A stretch of DNA of 64,000 nt from an uncultured Candidatus Saccharibacteria bacterium (GTDB lineage: Bacteria; Patescibacteriota; Minisyncoccia; Phycocordibacterales; Phycocordibacteraceae), in assembly GCA_964652615.1 (NCBI GenBank), contig CAZZAT010000001.1, forward strand, positions 217,886-281,885. Reading direction: 5' to 3'. Under the pieces are notes generated by a model. It was not told the origin of the DNA. It searched no databases and was given only the letters and a program-made list of their open reading frames with translations. Made by a program: the position numbers and the translations under genes. How positions within the stretch are numbered: position 1 is the first letter of the stretch; each line of letters starts with the position of its first letter. This document shows positions 18,706-27,713 of this stretch, piece by piece.

Positions 18706-18806
18706 GCAATACCTCCTTTCTTAGTTTGGTTGATGAAATAGCTTCCTTTTGCACTATACGCATCTGAGCATTAAACGCAAAGAGCGGCTAAAGCCATCTG
18801 CTGTGC

Positions 18807-19304
18807 TTAGTGGATTGCGTTATTCTCTTGTGCCAGCAATGGAGAAAGCGAATCAATTTGAGTATCTGCTTTGGTTTTGTCTTGCGGAGCATTTACGTCA
18901 GCAAACTCACTATACGTAACTACCACAGCATCACCAACATGGTAACCCTGTACTTCTTCAACAGGAAGAAATACTTCTCTCTTAATACCATTGAAAGAAA
19001 CTTCGACCTGCACGAATAATTCAGTACCAGCCCTTTCATCCCCAACACTCTTATGTGAGCTCTTATACGAGCGCACAACAATCGTTTCAGTTGGCTCGCC
19101 CATGCTCGTAATCGTTCCTTTTGCGGTAAGGCCGCGCTGGTCGAAGTTGCTAGCGCGCTCATGACGATAATCCTGATATCCTTCTACGGCCTGATTCGCC
19201 CCGCCAGCAACTGCCGCAAGACCAACCGCCCCTAATATGCTCTTCCACCCAGGGGTTTTATTATTCTTTGGTTTTTCCATGTTCATATAACCCAAGAATA
19301 TCAC
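18807..19304 (-). CDS. membrane-anchored DUF3592-like protein
   Basis: 165 aa. N-terminal TM (SILGAVGLAAVAGG). ...GTITSMGEP...YHVGDAVVVTY resembles the DUF3592 pattern (as recalled). AT-richer stretch. Confidence 0.45.
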   Translation of the reverse strand: MIFLGYMNMEKPKNNKTPGWKSILGAVGLAAVAGGANQAVEGYQDYRHERASNFDQRGLTAKGTITSMGEPTETIVVRSYKSSHKSVGDERAGTELFVQVEVSFNGIKREVFLPVEEVQGYHVGDAVVVTYSEFADVNAPQDKTKADTQIDSLSPLLAQENNAIH

Positions 19305-19331
19305 GAAGAAACTGCCCTTTCGGGCGGTTCT

Positions 19332-19802
19332 TTACCACGCAAAGTGGGCAAATGCCTTGTTGGCTTCTGCCATGCGATGCATATCGTCCTTCTTCTTAAT
19401 TGCCTCGCCTTCGTTTTTAGAGGCCATGAGGATTTCGTTTGCAAGCTTCTCGGCCATAGGCTTACCCTTCTTAGCGCGTGCTGCATTAATGAGCCAGCGG
19501 TATGCCAAAGAGACGCGGCGCTGCTGGGGCACTTCGCGAGGCACCTGATAGTTTGCACCACCCACACGGCGAGAGCGGACTTCCATCAAAGGAGAGACAT
19601 TACGGATAGCGTTTTCAAAGGTTTCAAGCGGATCTGGATTGCCTTCACCCTTCTTGATGATTTCAAGCGCATCGTACACAAGCGTGCGGGCAGTATCCTT
19701 CTTACCATCCCACATAACGGTATTAATGAAGCGCGCGATAGCCTCCGACTTGTAGACGAGGTCGGGAGTACGAGGAGCACGCTTTTTGATAGGGCGACGC
19801 AT
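19332..19802 (-). CDS. rpsG: 30S ribosomal protein S7
   Basis: 156 aa; ...[22 protein letters not shown]...[14 protein letters not shown].... Confidence 0.95.
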   Translation of the reverse strand: MRRPIKKRAPRTPDLVYKSEAIARFINTVMWDGKKDTARTLVYDALEIIKKGEGNPDPLETFENAIRNVSPLMEVRSRRVGGANYQVPREVPQQRRVSLAYRWLINAARAKKGKPMAEKLANEILMASKNEGEAIKKKDDMHRMAEANKAFAHFAW

Positions 19803-19808
19803 AGGAAA

Positions 19809-20216
19809 TTATTTAGGCTTCTTAGCTCCGTAGCGAGAACGGCCACGGCGGCGCTTCTCAATGCCTGCAGTATCAAGGCGGCCACGAACAACGGTGTACT
19901 GCACGCCAATGTCCTTCACACGACCACCGCGAAGCATGACCACCGAGTGCTCCTGAAGGTTATGGCCTTCACCTGGAATGTACGCGGTTACTTCCATGCC
20001 GTTTGAAAGGCGGACACGGGCAATCTTACGAATAGCGGAGTTCGGTTTGCGGGGGGTCTTCGTTGTTACCTTGGTGCATACGCCGCGCTTGAAGGGAGAA
20101 GCGAAGTACGTAGGGCGGTTCTCAAGGTGGTTAAAGCCACGTCCAAGAGCAAGGACCTTTGATTTCCTTGCGGGCGACTTGCGTCGCTTCTTCTGGAGCT
20201 GGTTGATAGTTGGCAT
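19809..20216 (-). CDS. rpsL: 30S ribosomal protein S12
   Basis: Start at internal [16 protein letters not shown]; ...[34 protein letters not shown].... Confidence 0.95.
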   Translation of the reverse strand: MPTINQLQKKRRKSPARKSKVLALGRGFNHLENRPTYFASPFKRGVCTKVTTKTPRKPNSAIRKIARVRLSNGMEVTAYIPGEGHNLQEHSVVMLRGGRVKDIGVQYTVVRGRLDTAGIEKRRRGRSRYGAKKPK

Positions 20217-20286
20217 TAGAAAAAGAAGACCCCGAACTGGAGTCCCCGACACTATATAAGGGGAGGCGAAGAAATGCAAACACCTC

Positions 20287-21240
20287 CTACTCCGACAGCT
20301 CTACCCCGTACGCAAGCGTTGGGTCGGTAAAGATAAGCTGGTCTGCTACGAAAAAGAGACCGGTCATAAGAACGAGGAGGAAGGAAGCAGCAGCAACATG
20401 GCGGAAATGGTGGTGTTTCAGCTCAAGACGAGTGACCAAAAGCAGAGCGCCAAGGATAAAGAGTGCGGAAAGCGCGTAGACGGTGCGCAAGAGTCCTTGC
20501 GGAGAGGCAAGGAGCGTATCGAATGTTGAGACAGGGCGCCCTACCGAGTCTCCTGACCTTGCAAGCACTGTTGCTTCAGCAGGCAACTCTTCCTCGCTCT
20601 CTATTACAACAATCGGTTCAGGCTCTGTTGTTGCGATGTTAGGTTCTTCTGGGGAAGCTTCTGGCGTTATTTCACGTGGAGCTGCCGGAGTAGCGGCAAC
20701 AGCGCGTGGTGTTCCAAACATCTGCACGACAAAAACGGTCTCACGGCCTTCGTACTGCCCCACTGCTGTCGCTATCCCTATTTCCGTAAACGTACCGTTC
20801 ATAATATTTGCGCGGTGGGTGGGAGATCGCATCCATGCGCGCTCTACATCCTCGGAATCTGTGAAGTTCACTGCAAGATTCTCTCCTGCGTGTGCAAAGG
20901 AGTACCCTGCTTTTGCAAACCAGTGCCAGGAGGTAAGTCCTTCAGGAGAGTTATGAGCGAAATATCCCTTCTCTGCCATGTCATCAGCTTTGGCCTGTGC
21001 CGCAGCAACAAGAAGTGGGTTCACTTTTAAGGTACCGAGATCTTCTTCGCTTCTATCTTCGTTTGCCAGATCGACTAAGACGGCTGAAATGACTGCCGCC
21101 ATCCCTCCTGAACGAAGCGTCTCCTGTGCCACATATACCGCTGCGCCAAAGGCGCCAAGAATGATAAGGGTAAGCGCTGCAATGCCTTTTGCGCCAAAAA
21201 CATGGCGTGCTGGATGCGTGTCATGCTCGGTGAAAGCCAT
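20287..21240 (-). CDS. CAP/SCP/PR1-like domain protein with N- and C-terminal TM segments
   Basis: 317 aa; [10 protein letters not shown]...HAGENLA...[20 protein letters not shown] is the CAP-domain signature. Pro/Glu-rich linker, C-terminal hydrophobic helix. Confidence 0.7.
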   Translation of the reverse strand: MAFTEHDTHPARHVFGAKGIAALTLIILGAFGAAVYVAQETLRSGGMAAVISAVLVDLANEDRSEEDLGTLKVNPLLVAAAQAKADDMAEKGYFAHNSPEGLTSWHWFAKAGYSFAHAGENLAVNFTDSEDVERAWMRSPTHRANIMNGTFTEIGIATAVGQYEGRETVFVVQMFGTPRAVAATPAAPREITPEASPEEPNIATTEPEPIVVIESEEELPAEATVLARSGDSVGRPVSTFDTLLASPQGLLRTVYALSALFILGALLLVTRLELKHHHFRHVAAASFLLVLMTGLFFVADQLIFTDPTLAYGVELSE

Positions 21241-21357
21241 GCAGGCACTCTACCACAACACATTCGAAAAAGCTTGACAGTATATACTCTTGAACCTCTA
21301 ATATGGTTTCTGGTCTGGCCCATTTCGGGAAGCAGACTTGGTGTATATGGAGGAGTT

Positions 21358-21825
21358 ATGCCACGCATATTGGCACTTGGATTGTTTGCAGCGCTCGGCT
21401 GCATCTTCCTTCGGGCGGGGTGGCAGTTCTACGACGACCCCGCTCTCTTTTCGGCAGAGCTGACGATGCGTACCGGCATCTCACTCTTCGATCTCGCGCT
21501 TCCGTCACTACTTGTCATCGGAGGCTTCGCTATCGCGGCAGTGGGCTTCTGGGACGGCATCAACCGCCTCTCGGATGCGCTTGTCATTCCGCTTGGCGCC
21601 GCCGAGATGCTTCTTGGCATTGCCTTCTTCACAAACAAAGAAGGCACCATCGCGACTCTTGACGCGTGGTTTCCAGATGGGCGGGCAGTCATGATGCTTG
21701 CCGTAATGCTCGCACTCATGGCTCTCCCGCCGTTCTACGTGGCGTACAAGCTCGCTACGGAACGGTACTATCCGGGCAAAAAGCCAAAAGCCCAAAACCA
21801 AAACTTCGTCGGCACGGCGTTATAA
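21358..21825 (+). CDS. polytopic membrane protein, unknown function
   Basis: ATG with GGAGGAG RBS (MPRILALGLFAALG...); about four hydrophobic helices. Confidence 0.5.
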   Translation: MPRILALGLFAALGCIFLRAGWQFYDDPALFSAELTMRTGISLFDLALPSLLVIGGFAIAAVGFWDGINRLSDALVIPLGAAEMLLGIAFFTNKEGTIATLDAWFPDGRAVMMLAVMLALMALPPFYVAYKLATERYYPGKKPKAQNQNFVGTAL

Positions 21826-22077
21826 GTGCAGCGACGCTCTCTCCTTCGAGAGCGCCGTTTTCTTTTCTTTCGACCACTTCTTAATTTCGGCTTCTCGCTT
21901 TGACGCACTGCTTCGACTAGTATGCGTCTCGGTATAGAGAATTCGTTTTACTCCCCTAGCTCTCGTGTACCTGCTACCCTTCCCTGTCGCATGTTCTTTG
22001 AAGCGACGCACTACATCGGTAGCAATGCCGGTGTATATGCTGCCGTCATTACACTCAAGGAGATACACGTAGTACAT
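21820..22077 (-). CDS. GIY-YIG nuclease family protein (UPF0213-like)
   Basis: MYYVYLLECNDGSIYTGIATDVVRRFKEH...GSRYTRAR...KRILYTE...KREAEIKKWSK matches the GIY-YIG module. Confidence 0.7.
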   Translation of the reverse strand: MYYVYLLECNDGSIYTGIATDVVRRFKEHATGKGSRYTRARGVKRILYTETHTSRSSASKREAEIKKWSKEKKTALSKERASLHL

Positions 22078-22082
22078 GTATC

Positions 22083-22418
22083 TTAGTCGCAATTTGGTAT
22101 CTGAAGAACGTTGCAATTATAGAAATCTTCAGCGAGCCCATAGCCTGCTGCGCAGGAAAAGCCTATAAGCAACACTGCTAGAAGCATATTGAGTATAAGA
22201 ATGCGGCGTTCTTTTATCACGGGATACAAAGAAACCACACCGCCAACAAATACCAAAACGATGAGCCCTAGAATGAGGTACTGCTCTTCATATCCAGACG
22301 CCGAGAGACTGCGAAGAAATGAGACGACAGGCGCTCCTGTTGCCACAAAGAAATTGAGGACGAAGAACGGCAAGGCGAAGGCGAGGCCGATATATAAGTA
22401 TTTATTGAAACTGAACAT
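22083..22418 (-). CDS. small membrane protein; C-terminal half paralogous to ORF 22804-22977
   Basis: 111 aa; KERRILILNMLLAVLLIGFSCAAGYG resembles NERKQFLLLLIAVIAAAAMIGSALW of the downstream small ORF. Confidence 0.35.
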   Translation of the reverse strand: MFSFNKYLYIGLAFALPFFVLNFFVATGAPVVSFLRSLSASGYEEQYLILGLIVLVFVGGVVSLYPVIKERRILILNMLLAVLLIGFSCAAGYGLAEDFYNCNVLQIPNCD

Positions 22419-22472
22419 ACCGTGAGTATATCGCGGGCTGGTTGTATGGGACGATGTTGGAGTCTTTTTCAG

Positions 22473-22481
22473 TGGTATAAT
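22473..22481 (+). promoter_or_regulatory. extended -10 element (TGgTATAAT) upstream of ORF 22510
   Basis: gTGGTATAATccc about 30 nt upstream of a GGAGGG RBS and ATG. Confidence 0.35.
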
Positions 22482-22509
22482 CCCTATGTCCTAGAGTCTG
22501 GAGGGAATA

Positions 22510-22758
22510 ATGACCGCTCAGGAAGAAATAAAGAGTGCGGCAAAGGCATACGCAAAACAGCTCCTTAACGACCCAGCACACAAAGGCAACGTCTCATCAG
22601 TCGGCTACCGAACTACCGATGATGGGAAGGGTGAAATCCGAATCTCGCTCGTAGAGCCGGCAGCAAAAGGCGCTACATTCCCAGAATTTCTAGACGGAAT
22701 TCCGGTCATCGTCGAAGTGACGGGCATACGGTTTGTTGCTCTTGGAGGGGAGGCTTAA
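22510..22758 (+). CDS. small hypothetical protein
   Basis: 82 aa, GGAGGGAATA RBS, no motif recognised. Confidence 0.4.
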   Translation: MTAQEEIKSAAKAYAKQLLNDPAHKGNVSSVGYRTTDDGKGEIRISLVEPAAKGATFPEFLDGIPVIVEVTGIRFVALGGEA

Positions 22759-22803
22759 GCCTCCCCTTCTTGCTGGCTGTCTGGAATATTGTCGGAATAC
22801 TCT

Positions 22804-22977
22804 ACTTCTTCCGAAAGCACACTTCTAGAATTGAGGAGAAAACGAGCCAAGCGCAAAGTATGTAGAGCCATGCGTTCTCATGTTCAGTATTTTTAAACCA
22901 GAGCGCGGAGCCAATCATTGCTGCGGCTGCGATAACTGCAATGAGTAACAAAAGGAACTGCTTTCGTTCGTTTGTCA
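22804..22977 (-). CDS. 57-aa small membrane protein (below ORF-track cutoff)
   Basis: Manual translation MTNERKQFLLLLIAVIAAAAMIGSALWFKNTEHENAWLYILCAWLVFSSILEVCFRKK. Paralogous to the C-terminus of the 22083-22418 protein. Confidence 0.3.
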
Positions 22978-23020
22978 TTACGTAAGTATACCTGTCTGGG
23001 ACGCTGTTGGAACCGTTCTA

Positions 23021-23050
23021 TTGACATAAGACGTATTATATATATATAAT
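23021..23050 (+). promoter_or_regulatory. sigma70-like promoter TTGACA-18 nt-TATAAT
   Basis: TTGACAtaagacgtattatatataTATAAT, about 30 nt upstream of the ATG at 23080. Confidence 0.4.
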
Positions 23051-23079
23051 TGCATATGAGTCTTTCGGTGGAGGAGCTC

Positions 23080-23286
23080 ATGTTAGTACACGTTGCGTTT
23101 AGTGCTTTTCTGGGCGTAATGCTCGGCAGCCTTGCTTATGGCATGGCCACCGCCACAACGCTCGTCGTTCTGGCGGACGCAAATCTCATTGCCTTAGGCG
23201 TAGGAGGAATTGCTTCGGCAACCGCCGCCACCTTCATGGCAAATGCTGCGGCCGCGCAAAAGCGTCCAGAACACGCTAACGTATAA
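23080..23286 (+). CDS. small Ala/Gly-rich membrane protein
   Basis: Start at the ATG after GGAGGAG (MLVHVAFSAFLGVMLGS...). Followed by a terminator. Confidence 0.4.
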   Translation: MLVHVAFSAFLGVMLGSLAYGMATATTLVVLADANLIALGVGGIASATAATFMANAAAAQKRPEHANV

Positions 23287-23302
23287 ATCCGCAACTCGCT
23301 TA

Positions 23303-23340
23303 CCACCCCCGAGTTTAATAAATAGGGGTGGTTTTCTTTT
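23303..23340 (+). terminator. rho-independent terminator
   Basis: ccaccccc...ggggtgg hairpin followed by TTTTCTTTT. Confidence 0.6.
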
Positions 23341-23383
23341 ATATATCTCGACTGGAGTGTTTGCATCCTATGATTCGAACACA

Positions 23384-23420
23384 AAGAAACCGCCCCATCT
23401 CTGGGGCGGTTTCTTTGTGT
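23384..23420. terminator. bidirectional terminator hairpin 3' of the giant gene
   Basis: aaaccgcccc-atctct-ggggcggttt with A/T runs on both sides. Confidence 0.6.
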
Positions 23421-23426
23421 CTACTC

Positions 23427-26400
23427 TTAGATAAGCGTGTCAGGGAACGCTTCAGAGCCTGGGCACCAGATGTTGTTTATCTGCCAGCGGGTCGTCTGAT
23501 AGACGAAACCAGTTGGTGTCGTAGGGCCGGTGATGCCGGAGTCAGCACGGCCAATCCACGGCGAGAGCACATCGCTACCGTACATCGTCTGGAAGGCTTC
23601 GACCGCCGAGAAGGTCATTGGTCCGAAGAATCCAGTTACCGGAAGCGTGAGTCCAAGGTGCGAGTTCAAGAAGGTCTGAAGCTTCGTCACTTCTCCTGAA
23701 TCGTTATTCCATCCAATGTGGAGGTACTGGGTGAGAAGAGGCTCACAGGATGTCGAGGCACCCGCAACAATACCGTTTCCAGATGAAGCTCCGCGGCTAT
23801 TACCCGTGCGGTTTCTTGGTGTGTCAGTTGGCGTTGGATCTCCCCCACCATTCTCTTCTTCTGGTTCGAAGTCGTAGGTAGTGGTGTGGGTGTTGAGACC
23901 GTTCTTGATAGCAATCACAAGTCTATCGACATTTCCGTCAAAGCCCGCCCAGCTACCTCCTGCCTTGAAGAGCATCGCTCCTTGAGTGTCGATGGTGTTC
24001 TCAAGAGATTCCGCGCTGATCTGAAGATCAGGGTACGCAATGTTCACTTCAGACCACGTACAAGGATTTGCTTGAGGGCAGACGCTTGGGTTTGGACCAG
24101 CAAGCCACCATGCGCCGGTACCTGTGCCAGCTGCATCATTAAGCGCATCCCACTCCTGCCATGCATCATCGAGTATCGAAGCCTGCTGGGTGTGATACGG
24201 CTCGTACACGAGGCGCGCATCCGCTTTCGCAGCATCTATCGGAGTTCCCGTGAAGTTCACATCGAACTGGAACGCGAGCGTAAGTGCGCCGCCCGTAGGC
24301 TCTGCGCGATATGTTGAGTAGCGGATAGTGGTTATGTCAGAGATCTGCGTACCTGCTGCAAGGTACTTGCGAAGCTTCGTGCGATCATCGTTCGTTACGG
24401 TCGTTATGCGCGCGCTTCCGAGACCAAGTGGAGCGAGAGCTGGTCCGTTCACATACTCACCGATACCCATAGTCCATGTGTTACGGTCGCTGTTGAACTC
24501 CCATCCTTCAGGATTCGTGTTTGTTACCGTTGTCGTGCTGAAGGTGAACGTAGGCTCATTCCCGCCATTGTTTCCAATAGGTGCATTGAATGCAACACAG
24601 TGGTACTCCTCACCTGCAACCGTACCGTCTACATACTCCCAGTTGTCGTAGTGAAGAACATCAGTCGAACAGTACATCTCTGCAGAGACGCTCTGGTCGG
24701 TGTTCTGTCCGGTGAATGGAATGTAGCCACTCTGAAGCACTTCACGCACACGAAGATTAATACCTGCTGGTACCTCTACTGGCGTACCTGCGGAGAAGGT
24801 TGCCCATGGCGCTTCAAGTGCAGTTGTCCCGTTATCTTCAGGATCCCCCGCTGCATCAGTTGCCCACTGGAAGTCCCAGTTCTGAAGGCTGCAGGTAGGG
24901 TTTGCGAGAAGGAAGTCTGCTGCAGTGTCCTCGGTAATCTCACCAACAAGGTTTCCTGCGCCCCAGTTTGGAAGAAGATCTTCTGTTGGGCAGACAATCT
25001 TCTTCGCACTTAGGGTTGCTGTGCGCTTGGTATCAGGGGCCTTACAGACAAGGCTTGCGTCATCAACAAACGATCCTACCGAGTTGTTTGGATTGCCCGC
25101 TGCATCGCGAAGCGAGAAGGTAGTCTCGGTAGTCGTTGCAACGAAGTCGAACGAATACTTCTCCCATACTGTCTGGCTGTTGTTTCCTGCTACCGCTGCG
25201 GTTGCACCGATGACGACACCGTTTGCAAGCGCTTCTGCCTTATTCTCTCCTGCTCCTTGATCAGGACGCGGCGAGAACCAGAAGCTGAAGGTGTAGGTCT
25301 TGCCAGGCTCTGTCCCTACAGTCTGCGACATGGAGACTGCTCCTGCTTCTCCACTTTGACCTGATGATGGACCACCCCAGTCAGAGTCGAGCTCTGCATG
25401 CTGATCACCTGAATGAGATACCCATCCGTTTACGCCGCTATGGAATTCTGCGTTTGCATCCTCTGGCGCAGCGTCGTCTCCGGTAATCCACGCGATGAGC
25501 CAATCAAGACCCGAGGTACCTGAAGGAACAATGTTCCAGTCGGTAGAGATGATTGGACTCTCGAAACCTCCGTTTGAGAGAAGCTCCTCGTCAGGCACAC
25601 ATACCGGCGTTGGTTCATCTGGTACGCGGCACTCACTACCGTGCACGGTGAGTGTGTAGCGAAGACCTGCAGGATTGTTCTCGAAGTTCTCGCCAGCAAG
25701 TTCGTAGTTCGTGACGGTGAACTCAAGTGTGTGGTTTCCTGCTGCAAGCGCGCCAATGTTGTGCGTATCGGTCTGCTGGTAGTTATGGCTTCCTTCTGGA
25801 CCATCCGTCATGTCAGACGCAAGAGCGACATTGTCGAGCTTCACGGAGTACCCGTTGTCAGCTGCAATTTCAAGCGTTGCGCCCGTTGCAGGACCTGCAA
25901 GAGCGAATGTGCGCGTGAAGACCTCGACTTCTTGTCCTGCTGTGAAGATCATCGGGCTCTCGCTCCAGATCCACTTCGCAAGCGCGTTCATCGATGCAGT
26001 CCAGCGACTATTAACTACCGGAACAACAACCGAAGCATTTCCGTCGACAAGCGTATCGGTTTCAGAATAGAGAAGACAAGAGTCTTCGGTCTTTGGAGGA
26101 GGGACATTGAACGCTACGCAGTGATACGTCTCACCTGCTTGGAGGTTTGATATCCATTCCCAGTTGTCATAACCAGCAACATCAGTGTGGCAGTAGAGCT
26201 CTGCACTTACAGAATTTTCGTTCACTCCAGAGAACGGAAGATCACCTTCCTGAAGTACCTCGCGCATCTGTACTGTGCCGTTTGCCGAAGCAACCGGAAT
26301 GACTGCTGTTGCAAGACCATTCTCATCGGTTGGAGCAAAGCTCGTCCACGGAGAACCGAGCGGCACGGTACCGTTGTCTTCTGGATCAGCTGTTCCGTTT

Positions 26401-27548
26401 GGCGCCCACTGGAAGACGTAGCCGTCCTCAAGCCAGCACTTACCATTTGATTGCGCTACCCAGTTTGCAGCAGTAGCAGCCGTTATGTCTGCACCCCCTG
26501 CCATATTAGGAAGGTTTGCTTCAGCTTCGCAGGCAACCTTCGTTGCACTTACGGTAACTGAAGGAACCTGTACCGGCGCCTTCAGCTTATTCAGCACCAC
26601 AAGCGTGCGGTGATCGTTCTTTCCAAGCGAGATATGACCGTCAGAGTCAGTGTTGCGGTCACCGTCATTATCTTCATTACCATCGAAGAGTTCCCCGCTG
26701 TATGGGTAGAGGTCATAGAGGTCTTCGACCGCATTGACATGCTGGTCGTTGTACTTAGGCTCTTCGAACACGGAAGAGTTATAGAGCTCTTGGCCGTAGT
26801 AGTAGTTGCCCTCCTTAAGACCGTAGTAGGTGTAGCACTCCGCATCATCTGCTTCAGAAGCATCAAGCACTTCAGTGTTCAGGCTAAGCGGCGTAGCAAA
26901 CGTAGTGTCTGCAAGATCTGCTTTGTAGTTTCCTTCTGATGTAGAAGTGTCGAGCCATGGAATGGAGAACTCCTCGGTTGCAGAACCGGTTACTACCTGG
27001 TTATTTGCATCAACCAGCACCTTACAGACCGTAATCGAGCTCTTTCCTTTTTCTTCTGGAGCATTCTCTTCACACCACTCATCACCATCGTTAGTTGGTT
27101 GCCCATTTTGCTTTACAGGACCGCCATACAGGAAATCTTTGTTGTGGCCCGAGTGTCCACCCCAACCATTCTCGCTAACTTGAATAGCATTCCAAGGGTT
27201 TTGTTCCGAAGAGGTTTTATGACAAATATTCACTTTGTCTCCACCATCACGATTACCTTCGGGAGCAAGTTGCAGCTCAAGTATCTCAGTGACGAGTTCC
27301 TCTTCAAAAAGAGGATCTGCTACAGGAACGGGCGCACCATCAATTGGAGCAAATTCATCGATAACTTCTTCTTCGGGAGTCGGTTCGGGTTCCGCAGGCG
27401 TCTCGACAGGAATCTCGAGTGCAGGCTCTACAGGAGGTACCTCCTCTTGAGCTACTGCAGCTACCGGAAACGAAAGCGCAACCATGGCAAGCATCAAAAG
27501 AGACGCTGCAGAGGTGCGCAGTGCACGAATCAGTGAGTAAGTATTCAT
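23427..27548 (-). CDS. giant secreted cell-surface protein (~1370 aa): signal peptide, duplicated ~110-aa Cys-containing domain, NGGFE carbohydrate-binding-like domain, C-terminal PG_binding_1-like domain
   Basis: Start chosen at MNTYSLIRALRTSAASLLMLAMVALSFPVAAVAQEE (signal peptide). The track start at 27629 overlaps the promoter. Two internal repeats share ...QW...DPEDNGT...REVLQ.G..PF.G.N...VSAE.YC.TDV..YDNWE...YHCVAFN.P. LLSNGGFESP... region. C-terminus ...LHIGWNNDSGEVTKLQTFLNSHLG...GFFGPMTFSAVEAFQTMYG is a peptidoglycan-binding repeat. Confidence 0.8.
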   Translation of the reverse strand: MNTYSLIRALRTSAASLLMLAMVALSFPVAAVAQEEVPPVEPALEIPVETPAEPEPTPEEEVIDEFAPIDGAPVPVADPLFEEELVTEILELQLAPEGNRDGGDKVNICHKTSSEQNPWNAIQVSENGWGGHSGHNKDFLYGGPVKQNGQPTNDGDEWCEENAPEEKGKSSITVCKVLVDANNQVVTGSATEEFSIPWLDTSTSEGNYKADLADTTFATPLSLNTEVLDASEADDAECYTYYGLKEGNYYYGQELYNSSVFEEPKYNDQHVNAVEDLYDLYPYSGELFDGNEDNDGDRNTDSDGHISLGKNDHRTLVVLNKLKAPVQVPSVTVSATKVACEAEANLPNMAGGADITAATAANWVAQSNGKCWLEDGYVFQWAPNGTADPEDNGTVPLGSPWTSFAPTDENGLATAVIPVASANGTVQMREVLQEGDLPFSGVNENSVSAELYCHTDVAGYDNWEWISNLQAGETYHCVAFNVPPPKTEDSCLLYSETDTLVDGNASVVVPVVNSRWTASMNALAKWIWSESPMIFTAGQEVEVFTRTFALAGPATGATLEIAADNGYSVKLDNVALASDMTDGPEGSHNYQQTDTHNIGALAAGNHTLEFTVTNYELAGENFENNPAGLRYTLTVHGSECRVPDEPTPVCVPDEELLSNGGFESPIISTDWNIVPSGTSGLDWLIAWITGDDAAPEDANAEFHSGVNGWVSHSGDQHAELDSDWGGPSSGQSGEAGAVSMSQTVGTEPGKTYTFSFWFSPRPDQGAGENKAEALANGVVIGATAAVAGNNSQTVWEKYSFDFVATTTETTFSLRDAAGNPNNSVGSFVDDASLVCKAPDTKRTATLSAKKIVCPTEDLLPNWGAGNLVGEITEDTAADFLLANPTCSLQNWDFQWATDAAGDPEDNGTTALEAPWATFSAGTPVEVPAGINLRVREVLQSGYIPFTGQNTDQSVSAEMYCSTDVLHYDNWEYVDGTVAGEEYHCVAFNAPIGNNGGNEPTFTFSTTTVTNTNPEGWEFNSDRNTWTMGIGEYVNGPALAPLGLGSARITTVTNDDRTKLRKYLAAGTQISDITTIRYSTYRAEPTGGALTLAFQFDVNFTGTPIDAAKADARLVYEPYHTQQASILDDAWQEWDALNDAAGTGTGAWWLAGPNPSVCPQANPCTWSEVNIAYPDLQISAESLENTIDTQGAMLFKAGGSWAGFDGNVDRLVIAIKNGLNTHTTTYDFEPEEENGGGDPTPTDTPRNRTGNSRGASSGNGIVAGASTSCEPLLTQYLHIGWNNDSGEVTKLQTFLNSHLGLTLPVTGFFGPMTFSAVEAFQTMYGSDVLSPWIGRADSGITGPTTPTGFVYQTTRWQINNIWCPGSEAFPDTLI

Positions 27549-27627
27549 AAAGGTAATGACGATGTAATCTCGCTGGTAATGCGTGTAATCAATGCCCGAC
27601 CGAGCCGTGCGGCTCGTATCTGCTCGC

Positions 27628-27656
27628 ATTAGTACTCCTACATAGATGAGGTGTCA
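27628..27656 (-). promoter_or_regulatory. candidate promoter of the giant gene (TTGACA-17 nt-TACTAA)
   Basis: Minus-strand TTGACAcctcatctatgtaggagTACTAAT, about 80 nt upstream of the proposed start. Confidence 0.35.
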
Positions 27657-27692
27657 ATGAATTCTAGGTGTGGAAAATATGCTCTAAATAAA

Positions 27693-27713
27693 GGACAAAT
27701 TCAAAATCTGTCC
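27693..27713. promoter_or_regulatory. imperfect 8-5-8 palindrome (GGACAGAT-TTTGA-ATTTGTCC, minus-strand reading) upstream of the giant-gene promoter; candidate operator
   Basis: Inverted repeat with 7/8 arm complementarity, about 40 nt upstream of the -35. Confidence 0.25.

Noticed and set aside
23427-27548. Internal repeats of the giant gene as a diversity-generating retroelement target (TR/VR)
   Set aside because: The two copies are divergent at protein level (a domain duplication). No reverse transcriptase is in the window. There is no near-identical template repeat.
27549-27629. Upstream extension of the giant gene (track start MRADTSRTARS...)
   Set aside because: The extension overlaps the predicted -10/-35 of its own promoter. 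The signal peptide begins at the internal Met (27548).
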